Positions 1 to 12,858 of a stretch of 64,000 bases of DNA are shown here, piece by piece. The notes below the pieces were generated by a model. It saw only the letters and a program-made list of their open reading frames with translations. It did no database searches and had not been told where the DNA came from. The stretch's first letter is position 1, and every line of letters starts with the position of its first letter. Both the position numbers and the translations under genes were made by a program. Source of the stretch: Haliotis rubra. Its lineage: Eukaryota. The stretch is from positions 62,001 through 126,000 of the forward strand of contig NW_025767308.1 in assembly GCF_003918875.1 (NCBI RefSeq). The letters are read 5' to 3'.

Positions 1-98
1 TACATTGAATGACACTGTTACTGTGTAATCTAAACATAATCCTCGCTTGTATCATGTAATGTAAGTAGTTCGTTGTCCTTATTATATTGTGTGACAGA

Positions 99-437
99 CA
101 AATGACTGACACTGTTGGTAACATGTCCTCACACACCCTTACCTACAACCACCAGCTTCTGTCCACATTGAGGTATGATGTCAGATACTCCATTATTCCC
201 ACAGGTGTACGTCAAATGACTGACACTGTGGGTAACATTTCCTCACATACTCTTACCTAGAACAACCAGCTTCTGTCCACATTGAGGTATGATGTCAGAT
301 ACTCCATTCCTCCCACAGGTGTAGGTCAAATGACTGACACTGTGGGTAACATTTCCTCACATACTCTTACCTAGAACAACCAGCTTCTGTCCACATTGAG
401 GTATGATGTCAGATACTCCATTATTCCCACAGGTGTA
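99..437 (-). repeat. 114-bp tandem repeat x3 spanning the 3' end and donor of the gene A V exon
   Basis: Units start at 99, 213 and 327; donor boundaries at 143, 257 and 371. Confidence 0.95.
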
Positions 438-706
438 GTTCCCAGCATCAGATTGGACAACACTACGGAGGTCAAAGGCCATGACCTTTGGGTCAGCAGT
501 TAGATTCCCGGTGTAGGTGACACGAGCTGTGTAGTTCCCTGCTACTTGGTGGTTATTGGCTATGTTGGCCCCTATTACTGCAGCTCCAGATGGACTGATG
601 ACAAACAGGGAAATGAATCCCTCTGGTACAGCTGGTACCTGCCACCTGAAGCTGGCTGTCTCAGACTCCCTCACTAACACAGGCCTGGCCAGCTGGGACT
701 GTACAC
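371..706 (-). CDS. Gene A V-like Ig exon (gene continues beyond left end of window)
   Basis: Acceptor tttccacag|GT at 706, donor CTAG|gtaag at 371; 336 nt, phase 1-1; D-x-G-x-Y-x-C motif (SDAGNYTCG), ends CGQKLVVL. Confidence 0.9.
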
Positions 707-1683
707 CTGTGGAAACATTGTCTTATATGCTCATGTGCGCAGTGATGACTTAACGCCCAGTCTACGATGATTTTAAAGAGTGTCACGCAGTGTGTCAAAC
801 TTAGTTTAAATGAGGTTCCGATAATCAAGGAGGATATTTCAAGCATCAGTTACAAAACTTAAGTTGTGATAACGACCATAAACTAATTTGCAGTTTGTGT
901 ATTCAGACTTATATATTGTTAACAAACGCACTTATACCGACATCAGAGCAGAGATATATCATGAAGATCCCATTATAGATGCTTTAGTTTTACATATAGC
1001 AGCCTTGTACACCAAAGACAGTGAGAAATGACAATGTATCTTTTATAAAGAAGTATCTCCAGCATCACGACCAGTTTGACCCATTACATCCTACAGTGTT
1101 TTCTGACCCGTTCGACAATTTCTGCAACTACAATGCATTCATTCTGATATATCCCTACTATACAGGAAGAAACAATCCACAAACACGAACCTAAATGGTT
1201 TACAATTTAACACTTAAAAATATATATTTCTCTATAGACACTTCGCAAAGCATATGGAAAGATTAGCCATAAACTAAAACAGACCTTTTTACAATGGCCG
1301 TACATTAGTTTTAAACCCGAACTAAGATCCAAACACGGATTGCACATTAAGTCAGTACTAATGCCAGCGCCAGTTTACATTCAAATGCCTCCTCTTCGGT
1401 TGCTAGTGACATGATACCCCAGATATTATTTCACTGATTTCTACGGACGCAAAGGACTTCTAAGGAGGTGCACTGTTTCACCGAATCCTCTCGGACAATG
1501 GAGAAAACACAACACAGGGTAGAGATTGTTCATTTTTTGCATTTGGCTAAATGTATTAGAAATGTAAAAACGGATATTGTATTGGATCTGACCCGAACAC
1601 ATCGAGGAAAGTGGAAGTTAGTTAATAAGGTAAAATCTCACCTATGTGTGTGTAAGAGTATTACAAAAATAGAATAAACCTAC

Positions 1684-1762
1684 CAGTGATGACAATTCCG
1701 ATAACATACATCATCAAACCCGCATGCAAAGTTTCCATGAAAAAACTGGTCGGATTGGTCAT
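1684..1762 (-). CDS. Gene A signal-peptide exon
   Basis: MTNPTSFFMETLHAGLMMYVIGIVIT+G; 79 nt, phase 1; donor gtaggt; upstream acceptor ctttacag implies a non-coding first exon. Confidence 0.7.
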
Positions 1763-3392
1763 GTCTCTGTAAAGAAAATGATTTCTGGTTGAATTTAACA
1801 ATCAGTATCATTGTCACATGTCTGGTTTAGTAGGGATTTCGATATATGTTGTCTCTCTTATTGGTTTCCCATAAAACCAATTCTTTATTTATTCATTCTT
1901 CTGTATTCTTCATTCTCTAAGCATGTGCAAAATGACGTTAAGCCAAACTCACTCTCTTATCCAAAGGTAACACGACAAGTCATCTACCTTTGGTCTGTCG
2001 AAACTTACAGGTCAGCTTCCAAATTCAATGCACCTAATTCGATTCATCGAGTTTGAAACGTGGCCAGTTGTAAACACATCGACTCCATGCTGTCACTTTT
2101 CCAAATGTATTCCTTTCATGCGCAATAATGGTATCGACACCAGATTGCTTGTTGTTCGTAAGGACATTTCAAAGTCCACTATCTGCGCCCCTGGTTTGTC
2201 ATTGGAAAGTGCCTCGTAGGAAGCAATATCATTATACTTGACTTGTACACTTGAGTAGTACACTGAGTTGTATCAATCTTCCAGTAGTATCTACCGTGAG
2301 ACGCCCTTGCCAACCATGTCAGGAATCGAACCGGGCATATGTCATATTGTCATGACACATTGATATTTGTTCTGGAACGATAACTGAAATATGTTGTCAA
2401 TCCGTAATTGGAACTCCACCACTTGTAGCAGTCATTATATTCGTGAGCGACCTAAACGAAATCCGTTGCCCTGAACTGGCAGGATATGCTGGTGATATTT
2501 CCGTGGTAAAATGCAGATTAATCTCACCAGGCCGCCTTTGTGTGTGTAGTACAACGTTCCTGTGGGCCGTCTGTTTGCGTAAAGCTTTCAACGGTGAGTG
2601 CTGACAAGTCATGCAGCACTCATAATCCATATGTACATGTAACTGGTGGTCACCTGTGTACACATACAGGTAGGAGGACCCTCGCTGGCGTATTGCCAAA
2701 TGTGTTTCTGCTAGAAGTAATGGAGGTTATCGTAGAGTGTAATATAGATACCTACACCTCTTGTTGTTTCATAACTCCCTGAAAGAGAACGCCAGCACCT
2801 GAAAATACGTACACTTAATATCCCATCCTAAACGTATCAAACCCTCTTGGATTCACTGTGTCCGACTACTGCGCTGTCTTTGCCTGGGTCTCCGTTTGGG
2901 CCACGGGTCAAAAGTACCCGGATGATTGTTGCATTGCCTAAAATCAACACTCACCTGGATTCAGCTGGTATGGTCTTCTAATTTGTATCTTATCCATGAA
3001 GCATCCTATCTACGTCTGGTGGAAACCTGAATACAGTGCACTAATAATATCACACATCATACTTCCTCATTGCTGTCGGGTAGGACGGGCTATATTTAGA
3101 TCACATATGTGGTAGCTCAGTGGGGACACATTCGTTCTATATTGATGTCATGCTCTAGTGATCCTTCAATAACAGAACATTTGCCTTATATACGAATGCA
3201 TTGTGTGGAGAAATGAGATTGCAAAGTCACCAACCAGTCTATATTGTAAATTCCTATTCATAATTAACTGGGTGAGTTTGCAACCAATCAACCCATGTCA
3301 AGGATTATCGGATGCACATTTCACGGTTGATATGTCTCATTGTATTTCAGCCATATCCATTTATTACTACAAGAAAGCATCCAGCACCGTTG

Positions 3393-4092
3393 GATGTGGA
3401 ATAACACTACGTTTCCCTAATGGCGGACCCCTCTTGACTATTGAATAGTGTCTCCTAGTGTTGAATGTTTACTTGATGTCTTTACAAACTTCAAGACCCG
3501 ACACTGACGATGTGGAATACCTCTACGTCTCCCGAATGGCGGGTCCCTCTTGACTATTGAATAGTATCTCCAAGTTTGGTATGTTTACTTGATGTCTTTA
3601 CAAACTTCAAGACCCGACACTGACGATGTGGAATACCTCTAAGTCTCCCGAATGGCGGGTCCCTCTTGACTATTGAACAGTGTCTCCTAGTGTGGTATGT
3701 TTACTTGATGTCTCTACAAACTTCAAGACCCGACATTGACGATGTGGAATACCTCTACGTTTCCCTAATGGCGGGTCCCTCTTGACTATTGAATAGTGTC
3801 TCCTAGTTTGGTATGTTTACTTGATGTCTTTACAAACTTCAAGACCCGACACTGACGATGTGGAATACCTCTACGTTTTCCGAATGGCGGACCCTCTTGA
3901 CTATTGAATATTGTCTCCTAGTTTGGTATGTTTACTTGATGTCTTTACAAACTTCAAGACCCGACTCTGACGATGTGGAATACCTCTACGTTTCCCTAAT
4001 GGCGGATCCCTCTTGACTATTGAATAGTGTCTCCTAGTTTGGTATGTTTACTTGATGTCTTTACAAACTTCAAGACCCGACACTGACGATGT
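3393..4092. repeat. ~116-bp tandem repeat, 6 copies
   Basis: tgtggaata recurs at 3395, 3511, 3627, 3743, 3859 and 3974. Confidence 0.95.
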
Positions 4093-4879
4093 TCGTATGT
4101 GTACTACAATAGGTAGAGGTTTGCCCTGAACCTGTAACGTTGAAATACGGAGTGTTAGTCGTAACCTCTCCTCTGAATAGGTTTCGTCCGATTTTTTTAA
4201 ATACTTAATCAGCGGAAAATTGCAATGTTATTTTCTGTAATGTTTAACATGCATCAACATGTAGGCTCATTTTTAAGAAAAGTGTGTATGTTACAGCTCA
4301 GAGCCGTTTTCATATTATGCCCAGGCTGAGGTAAGAATATAAACTAGCGCTCATAAGAAAGCATACAGTTTTGAAAAGAAAAGAAAAACATATATAAGGC
4401 GTTTTCTTTATATAAAAATGTTATCAAATGATGAATCGATAGTGAGTGTGGCCAACATTGGCTTCAATACACGCCAAAAACACGTCGACGCAATGCTGAA
4501 GTAAGGCGACGAATGACGTTAGGCGTACTCCGTTGCCACAGTTCTTTAATAGATATGGCAATAGCCTGTACTTGGCACCTTAGTGCAAAGACCTATACAA
4601 AACACACATAATATGGATCCGTGTAACTGACCTTGGCTTACAATACGCACATACAGACGACTGACTCTCGTGTTCTGAAGTAGTCCACTAGCAACAAAAA
4701 TGCTCACCATATCTGTTGACATGATATTCAAACGACTGATTAAGACACTGTAATCTCAAACCAAGCGAGTCTGTGTAGCAGTTTGCGGATTTGTTGTATT
4801 ACTTACATTATTATTTATAATATTTTATGCAGAATCTAAACACAGCAGATAATTTCCCAATATGGATGGATACATAGAG

Positions 4880-5655
4880 AATACTACACGAGGTCTCATT
4901 ACATACGAATTATACGAAACTCGTGACCTTCCTATGGTTTCCGACCTATGGTATCTGACCGAGCGAAAGCGAGGTCGGAAACCATAGGAAGGTCACAAGT
5001 TTCGTATAATTCGTATGTAATGAGACCGAGTGTGGTATTTTATTTATTACCCACGTCTTACATGCATTGAATAGACAAAATAGCGTATTTTTCTTATTGA
5101 TATGGTTTCAAACCGAAACCGGTTTCATAAAGAGGTTGCGGAACAATTTTGTTCTGAAGTACACTTTTGCATGACGTCACACTGTATTGACGTCACTACG
5201 CCATTCTCGTCTGTCCCCTTGGTAACCGACGTCACTATGCATGTCAGTTGGCATCACCTCTCGTACAGCCTCCTACAGTAAACTACTCCGTAGCACCCCG
5301 TTTCTTTGTTTGCAACTGCTTCACTCGGCTAACATCACTGGTGGAAACATTGCGTTTATGTTTTTCGACGGATATATTGTCTCAGTTCGACTCACAATCA
5401 AATAGCAACACGGCAACATTCGCAATGTTTACATTCCTACAATGCATCTAAGTTGTAGAATGAATGAATTCACGTGTTTGTTATCAATGAACAAGCAGTT
5501 CCGTCACAGCTGACCTAACTGAGAGGTCATCGGTTATCCAATCAAATCGTTAGAATCTCAGGTCAAGTCGTTACGACACAGGTCAACGCGTCAACACTCG
5601 TGTGACGTACGATATTAGTATGCAACTACCCATACGTTGACCACGTGGGTAATAA
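4880..5655. mobile_element. Non-autonomous element with long terminal palindrome and short inverted repeats
   Basis: Palindrome arms ~4880-4947 / 4972-5039; ttattacccacgt (5044-5056) is inverted relative to acgtgggtaataa (5643-5655). Confidence 0.6.
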
Positions 5656-6195
5656 GTGTGTATTTGGTGCAGTGGGTATGGGAGGAACCTTTCCAGTTCA
5701 ATAAGACAGTAAATAAGCAATAATACTTTAGAAAATGTTGTCTAAATACGAAAGTGTCGATGGTAATACGAGTGCAGTATATATTCAGTGCTTATTTCCG
5801 ATATAACTCGTAATCTTTAAAAATAAATTTGATACCAAAAAGACAATGAACACCATTCATCCTTCATTATTACATATCTTCTCATGAACTCATCTACTAT
5901 GATAGAAAAAAAACATACGCAATAAACATGTTAATGTGTGCACCGTCAATGTGGATAAAAGGCAGTGCAAGAAATTCTACCAGTCGGATTCCATGCAAGT
6001 AACATAAGCGACTGTTATGTTCTGGGTTTATTTACTATAATGTACATACTACTGGGAAATAACATAGGGGAATACTATGAGGTAACGAGCAAATGATGAC
6101 ATTAAAACACACTACATGAGAGCTAAGAAACCTATCAGTTCACAGGCTGTGTATTACTATCCCGTGACATAGTGTCCGTCACCTTTGGTGTTTCT

Positions 6196-7060
6196 TCACG
6201 CATTCCTATAGTGAGGATCTGAAAACAGAAGATCAGTTAAATGTGTCACATTATTATCGTACACAATATGCCCAAAATAAAAATATTGCATTCTACACTA
6301 GAACAGAATCTCAGGTATCTGTTGGAAACTAACACTGCTTCTTGTGTACAATTTATTATTGTAACTTTCCTCTCATTCAATACGATAGATCACCTCAGTT
6401 GTGGGTACCTTGAGGTTGAGAGCCGCTGTTCTGGTATGGAGAAGCGCTGATGGACTCGTATGGTATAGGAGGCGTCTCTGTCATGTCTTCGTAGGTACTT
6501 GTTTCTGGTTTTGCATCGACTAACAAAAATATATACACATTATTATATACCCTTCCAAACGTAAACACAACGATACATATAATACCTGCATTATGGCATG
6601 CCCTTATTACACTTATGACTGAGTCCTATAGTAATGTAAGAAATTGTATCTATCTACCGCTTGTATTCTCATACACCTTCAGCTGTGTGTAATGTTGTCT
6701 TTCCGACCCCTCCGTATCCATGGCTGGGGATTCAGCTGGACTATTGATGTGATCTGCAACAAATCAACATGAACATATATTAACGGTATTAGTACATCTC
6801 GCTATCAGTGATCATCTCGACTAGAAATGTTTAACCTACCAAGGGATGAATATCCTGTGTTTTCCATTTCTTCAATTTTCGGATTTCTGGTGCTTCAAAG
6901 GCAAGTAAGGTCGGTTTATTGAACTTTTAATGGACATAAACACATTAAAATAGTTGATGTTGAGATCTTAGTAGAAATATCATTTTACTTTATTTCAAAG
7001 CAGATTATTTCAAAACGTTTTATTTACATGCTTAACCTACCTTTTTTGCTGAAGCAGATC
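6196..7060 (-). CDS. Gene B cytoplasmic exons
   Basis: In the paralog frame they encode GYSSL, HYTQLKVYEN, STYEDM, IPYESI, PYQN and DPHYRNA*; exon sizes 53 and 111 nt match paralogs. Confidence 0.8.
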
Positions 7061-10000
7061 CTGAAAGAAGAGAATACATATATAGTGCCCTGTAAAATAA
7101 ATATCACAAATGACGAATATGGCATTTGGGAAATGTTGCAAACGAATAATGAGATATGCGAAGGAGAAAGATCCAATAAACAACACACTGCATATAAGCA
7201 GCAATTGGTGATACACTTTTCGTGCCATTATGGATTGTGTATACATTCAAACTACATGATGAGTTCATTATGTTCTTTTTAATTCACAATGTCACTCATC
7301 TTTATCAGTTAAAGTCTGAACTGAAACATCGCGTCTGTAAATATCTCCACAACGCTTGTTGAATCTACTTCCAATGCTACTGAGATTTACCTTTCATGAC
7401 GTTTCCACACCTGAGCCCCTTTCTGTAGAGTACCGTTAGAACTAGTCCTTCAATCAGCAAGGTAAGAAATAGGGTTCCTATTGCGGTTCCAGCTATTACA
7501 CCTGTCACGTTATAGTGGTCTTTAAGTGGTTCCGTGCTAGTGGGACCTGAAGTATAAATGTTAATTACGTGGTATTACAAATGATTGTATGTTTACTGAT
7601 TATATTCTAAAGAGCTGACATGTATGTCAAGCTGTGTGTTCTGTTCTTGACAAAGGTGCCATCTATCTCTAAACTGCTGCGTCTAAAATATCCCCACAAA
7701 TAACATGTATACATACCGTATTAACAGTAATTCATCTTACAATTGAAAGTGCAACATTAACTATATAGAGAAAGGATAGCTTGCGGTTAAAATCCCTAGT
7801 TACATGTACTATATCCCAAGCGAGGAGAGGAGATCGTACAGCTGAAGATAGGAAACAAAGGGATCTCAACCAATACTGATCTACAATTCAATGGAACAAA
7901 GGAACGGAATACAGCAAAAAGTGTAAATTGTATTTGGAATCCGTGGTATTCCTGTAAATCCATGGCCTGGCCAAAACCTGAAGGGTCCATTATATACGTC
8001 AGGTTTTGTCCTTGATACGTGTCGCTGTTGGTAGAATGACTCTTTGTACCTGTCAGTCCATTCAGAAACAGTTAATGATACTCACAGCTGACGTTGAATG
8101 TCCTGACATCAGTGTAGTTGTATCCTCCATACTGCCACGTCCCCAGACACTGACACTGTTGACCATGTTGACTCCTGCTGACAGTAAAGGAGAGAGTAGA
8201 TGTCCTGGTTTGACCACTGTCACTGACCAATGCAGATCCAGTGCCAGGACAGGACCACGTGATTGTAGCTAGAGGATTTCCTCCTGTCACCGAGCAGCTG
8301 ATTGTCTGTGGGTCTCCTTCAAACATCACATCCGGAAACTGTGTGATGGAAGGAGGGACAGGCGGGGGGTCTGAAACAGAAACAACCAAGACAGCAACTA
8401 TGATCAAAGTACAGATGTAACAGCAGAGCCCATGACCAAAATGATCTCAATACAATTAGCTCAGTATTTCCTCACCCAATGAAATCCGTTCATCCGATAG
8501 TATACACAATGTATCCAAGAGTGATAATCTCCTCTGTATATCACTCTCCTAGGCAACACTGTTTACATTTATATGCAAATTCCATATGGTTTTCCGATGC
8601 ACATCAACACAACGCGAATATACAAAAGATTGCACAAGCGCATACCAAATACTGAACATCATCATCATGTTGAGTCGTTATTCTTTAAAGGGAATACTGA
8701 GAATACTTAAGAATACTCACATTTGACATCCAGTGACACAGAACCAGTCTTAGTTGTCAAAGTCCTTGTGTTTCTGACCTGACATCTCACGGTTGTCTTG
8801 TCTTTTTTTTGCATGAAGGTGAGAGTCTGGTACCACCAGGTAGAAGATCCTGTCACTGACCCCCTGCTGCCATCTACAGGTGTTCCATCACTGTAGTCCC
8901 AGGTGAAGGACACGTTGGGATAAGCGGAGGCAGTACAGGTCAATGTCAGGTTTCTGTTCTCTACAGCTACAGAGTTGTCTGGTTTTGTCACATCAACCTG
9001 TTCTGGACCGACTGTAATACAGAGCAATAATCCGTGGCAGCGGTGATATCTGGACCTCTTACTGTATTGACAGTCTGTTATATGTCTACATGCTCGTCGA
9101 CATAAGGTAAATATATATCTTAACGACTCTCATCTTAACGAAAACTTATTTGATCTTCTTAATTTATCATCTGTGTCATGTTATTCAACTAGGTTACTCT
9201 ATTCACTCAGTGTGGCAATTAGACAAGTATTGATTGGCTGACATGAGAACTAAACTACTACTTAATATACAACTCACACCACACTCCTATCCGGGCGCTG
9301 TCAGACTGCACTGGGGAGGGGTTGTGGATGTTGGTGGCGCGACAGTAGACTGTATGACCAAGGTCACCTCTGACAGGAGTGAAGGTCATTGTACTTGTGG
9401 TCTGGACAACGCCTGATTGTGGTCTATGATCAATGGATATCCCACTTGCCACCAGGACACTGTTCTTGAACCACGTGATTGTGGCAGCAGGGTAACTGTC
9501 AGATGCCACACAGGTCAAGGTCAAGGGTTGACCTTCAGCAGCTCCCACTTCCTGATTGGCTGACGTGATGTTTGTTAGTGACACACTGTTGACAGCAACT
9601 GGATAGAAAGGGAAAAGGAAAGGAAATAACGTATATAACGGTCATACCCGACATGTCAATATCTTAGGGATAGAAAAAGTATCTCAACAGCATGAATGAC
9701 ATTTCAGGATACATCAATACATGTGCTTACTGTCAGGAAAGGAATAAGTAGAGTTGACTCTACACTGTGTTTTGGAAGCCTGGCAGTAGTACAGGAACAG
9801 GAAGTACCTGCTGTTGGATATCACACACGTATCTACACATACATTCGCATTACTTACTGTCAGGATAGGAATACGTAGAGTTGACTGTAGACTGCGTGTT
9901 GGATGCCTGGCAATAGTACAGAGAGTTTCTACTGATGGAAATCAAACTGTTATCTAAAGAAACATCCACATTACTTACTGTCAGGAAAAGAATAGGTAGA

Positions 10001-12576
10001 GTTGACGATAGACTGTGTGTTGGTTGCCTGGCAATAGTACGGTGAGTTCGTATTGTTGGATATCAAACTGTTATCTAAACAGACATTACTTACTGTCAGG
10101 AAAGGAATATGATGAGTTCACTCTCGTCTCTGTATTTGATGCCTGACAGTAGTACAGGGAGTTCCTACTGTTGTCTGTCAGCTGGTAGTTGATGGTGGCT
10201 GTCAAGCCAGTGTATCCCTCTACTGCTGCTGGGCTGGTGGCCACTCTGGTTCCGTCTCTGTACAGCGTCACTGACGGCGGTGGATTGGAGACAGCGGCGC
10301 AGGTGACAGATGTAGTAGTTCTAGTAAGGCTAACACTGTTCAGAGGAACTGAAATAATAACACAGCTTTATGAAGTATGCTGTCTCCGAGTTGAGTGGTG
10401 GTGGGGGTGAAAGATACAGGCGATAGATGAAATAGTTTCAAGGGATGGTATGACTGGTCAGAAAAACAGAACTAAATATCTTCATAAAGTACAGTGTATC
10501 TGTGTAGGACGGCAGTCTTTTGGAGACACAGACGATAGATGCAGTAGTTCTGGAGATGGTAACGTTGGTCAGAGGAAGTTACAATAATAACACAGCTGCA
10601 GTACGACACTACAGATTTGAACAATTGAGTGTTGAGGTTTGAAAACACAGGTGATGTGACATCCATCTCACATACACCGCACTTTAGCCAAATGTCAACA
10701 TGGCAAACGTACCTAGTACATCCATCTGTATCTGATTACTCTCTCTGCCTCCAAACTGATAGTCACACCTCCAGCCGAGTCTATCCCTGCCGTACACGAC
10801 GTTGTTGATGGTGAGGGTGTAGTTGGTGGAGCTGGGGCAGGAGGTGGTGTAGTCAGCTGGGAGGTAGGGGGAGGTGGAGCTGCAGCTACCCTGGTTTACG
10901 CTGTATAATAAAGTTCCATTCTGCCACTGTATAGTTGTATGTGAAGCGTCTCCTGTGTAACACATCAGGGTACAGCTCCCTCCTGCCTGTACAGAACCTC
11001 CACATGATGACGTCAGCTGATAGCTCTGGGCAGAAACTGAAATTCACAGAACGATGACAACAGCATGTACATACTCTTTACGGAAATCAAAGACTTCAGA
11101 ATCAGAATAACAACACATGACTATATATTATAGACAAAATCTTCTCCTTCCGGTAAACAACTTATCCGACTTATTCAGCACTGTTGTTGTCATTGACGTC
11201 ATTTCTTGTGTCATATTGTTTCACGATGCAGAGGAACATGTGTCCCAGTCATCCACGATACCAGAATTCGCTTTGCGGAGTTGAGTCCCTTTTCGGTGTG
11301 CTGGAAAAATTCCTGAGGGTTCAAACACCAGCGGTTTACCGCATTATGTGTCTTGGTATGTCAGCACCAAACCTGTTTTTAACCAAGCTAAATGTCCACG
11401 CTGTGCATACATCCTGTCATTCCACCTTCATCAACATGACACACCAGGCCGTGACTCACTTACTGTTTAAACCAGTTTTAAACCCACACTCATCTACTTA
11501 AACATTATTCTTGTTATCCTAAATCTTAGGAAGCAAGGTGTTTAACTCATTCGGAAGTTTGAAACTAAATCTTTCTTCGGTTTGTCTGAAAGTATAGGAA
11601 ATTGATTATTTCTTCGATTTTGCTTTATGTTCCTAGCTATTACACTCTCTGTTTAGGCCACTTTGTCTGTTATCAACGCTGCAGGCCACTATATAGCTGT
11701 CTGCTCTGTCCTACCGGTCGTTATCAACGGTACATGTATACATACAATCTACTTCGTACAATCTACTTCCTGGTTTTATTTTAGGTGACTGTATATGTGG
11801 GACCTGAGGTGTGAGATCCGTTGCGTTACCCCTAATGCATTTACAACTTAAACATGTTATAGACATACGTGTACCTACCCCGTTGTTTGTGAGGAATGTC
11901 CACCAGTAGAGTCCCAACTGTGAAGATAAGACGGAGGTACAGTACAGACATGTTGGTGGTGTGTGAAACTAGATACTAGCACTGGTGAACAGTGTATGTA
12001 ATTATACTTCCGGTTGTGTTGATATGCTAACTGGATATGTACAGCTTGATGTGTGTCATTCAGACGGGTATTCAGAGAAGTAGGTCGTATGTCACACATA
12101 CATTTAGCAGGTTGTGGAGTTGGGTGACAGTGTAGCTTTGTCGATTGTAATCTGTGTAGACATGGCATTCAGAACACCTGGATATTCACTACAGGTTACA
12201 TGTTGCTCAAATCAACTAGGTTGTGAGTCATATATAGTGTTGGGCGACAGGGTATATGTGCACTTACTATTTGTCTGAGTGTCTGTATATGTGCTTTAAA
12301 ATGTGGCTGTGTAGACGCTATATACCCATTGATGTAATTACCAAGAGTCGGTATACATTCATACAGAATACCTGCAGATTTAATGTGTGACTTGAACTAG
12401 TGTCTAAGACTAGTCTCTAAACAAACTTGTAGAAGTCTTCAATATGCCAGTCTCCAATGTTGAAGCACTAGAGAGGGATTTCTCGAGTTTCACAACATAT
12501 CACAACATGATAATGAATAAATGAAACACTTACATATACATTTGCGTATAGCAAACAACAAAAGTATCAAATCCAT
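6196..12576 (-). CDS. Gene B: IgSF receptor (leader, 5 Ig domains, TM, tyrosine-motif tail); possible +1 frameshift in tail micro-exon
   Basis: Exons 12534-12576, 10713-11036, 10094-10348, 9278-9598, 8721-9011, 8086-8370, 7391-7546, 7041-7060, 6840-6892, 6658-6753, 6409-6519, 6196-6218; all GT-AG; domain exons are multiples of 3, phase 1. Confidence 0.85.
7391..7546 (-). CDS. Gene B transmembrane exon
   Basis: 156 nt; GVIAGTAIGTLFLTLLIEGLVLTVLYRKG. Confidence 0.9.
8086..8370 (-). CDS. Gene B Ig domain 5 exon
   Basis: 285 nt; ISCSVTGGNPLATITW...CQC. Confidence 0.9.
8721..9011 (-). CDS. Gene B Ig domain 4 exon
   Basis: 291 nt; LTCTASAYPNVSFTW...VRCQVRN. Confidence 0.9.
9278..9598 (-). CDS. 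Gene B Ig domain 3 exon (C2-like)
   Basis: 321 nt; LTCVASDSYPAATITW...VYCRATN. Confidence 0.9.
9731..10075 (-). repeat. Three diverged copies of the 3' third and donor of the gene B Ig2 exon
   Basis: CCTGACA|gtaag boundaries at 9979, 9858 and 9731, each preceded by an open YYCQA...S[FY]PD frame. Confidence 0.9.
10094..10348 (-). CDS. Gene B Ig domain 2 exon
   Basis: 255 nt; VTCAAVSNPPPSVTLY...YYCQASN. Confidence 0.9.
10713..11036 (-). CDS. Gene B N-terminal Cys-rich V-like exon
   Basis: 324 nt; CTLMC..IQW..YTLTINNV..DRLGWRC; six Cys. Confidence 0.88.
12534..12576 (-). CDS. Gene B signal-peptide exon
   Basis: MDLILLLFAIRKCI; 43 nt, phase 1; donor gtaagt. Confidence 0.75.
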
Positions 12577-12858
12577 GGAGTTCAGTCTTTCTGTCACTAC
12601 ATATGTGAAATCCTTGGTTTCTTTTCTATTAACATATTCTGGGGCAATATGATACACGCAAAACATGTGAAAAGAAAACATGGAAAAGAAACGATATAAG
12701 AATGATGTGAATATTCGAGACCAACAGCATGGTTTTGATGAAACACAGTTGGGTGTTTGAAGTTACATTACATGTGGACAAACCTAACACAAGCTAACAA
12801 ATGACACAAGTCACACAATGAACCATCACTTAGTATCCTGCAGTCGGACTTCTAGGCT

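Noticed and set aside
99-437. RAG-type V(D)J recombination signals around partial exons
   Set aside because: Isolated CACAGTG/CACTGTG matches occur, but I could not identify a nonamer at 12- or 23-nt spacing.
7796-8050. Extra exon between gene B Ig5 and TM
   Set aside because: It would need a ~36-nt intron and shows no domain signature.
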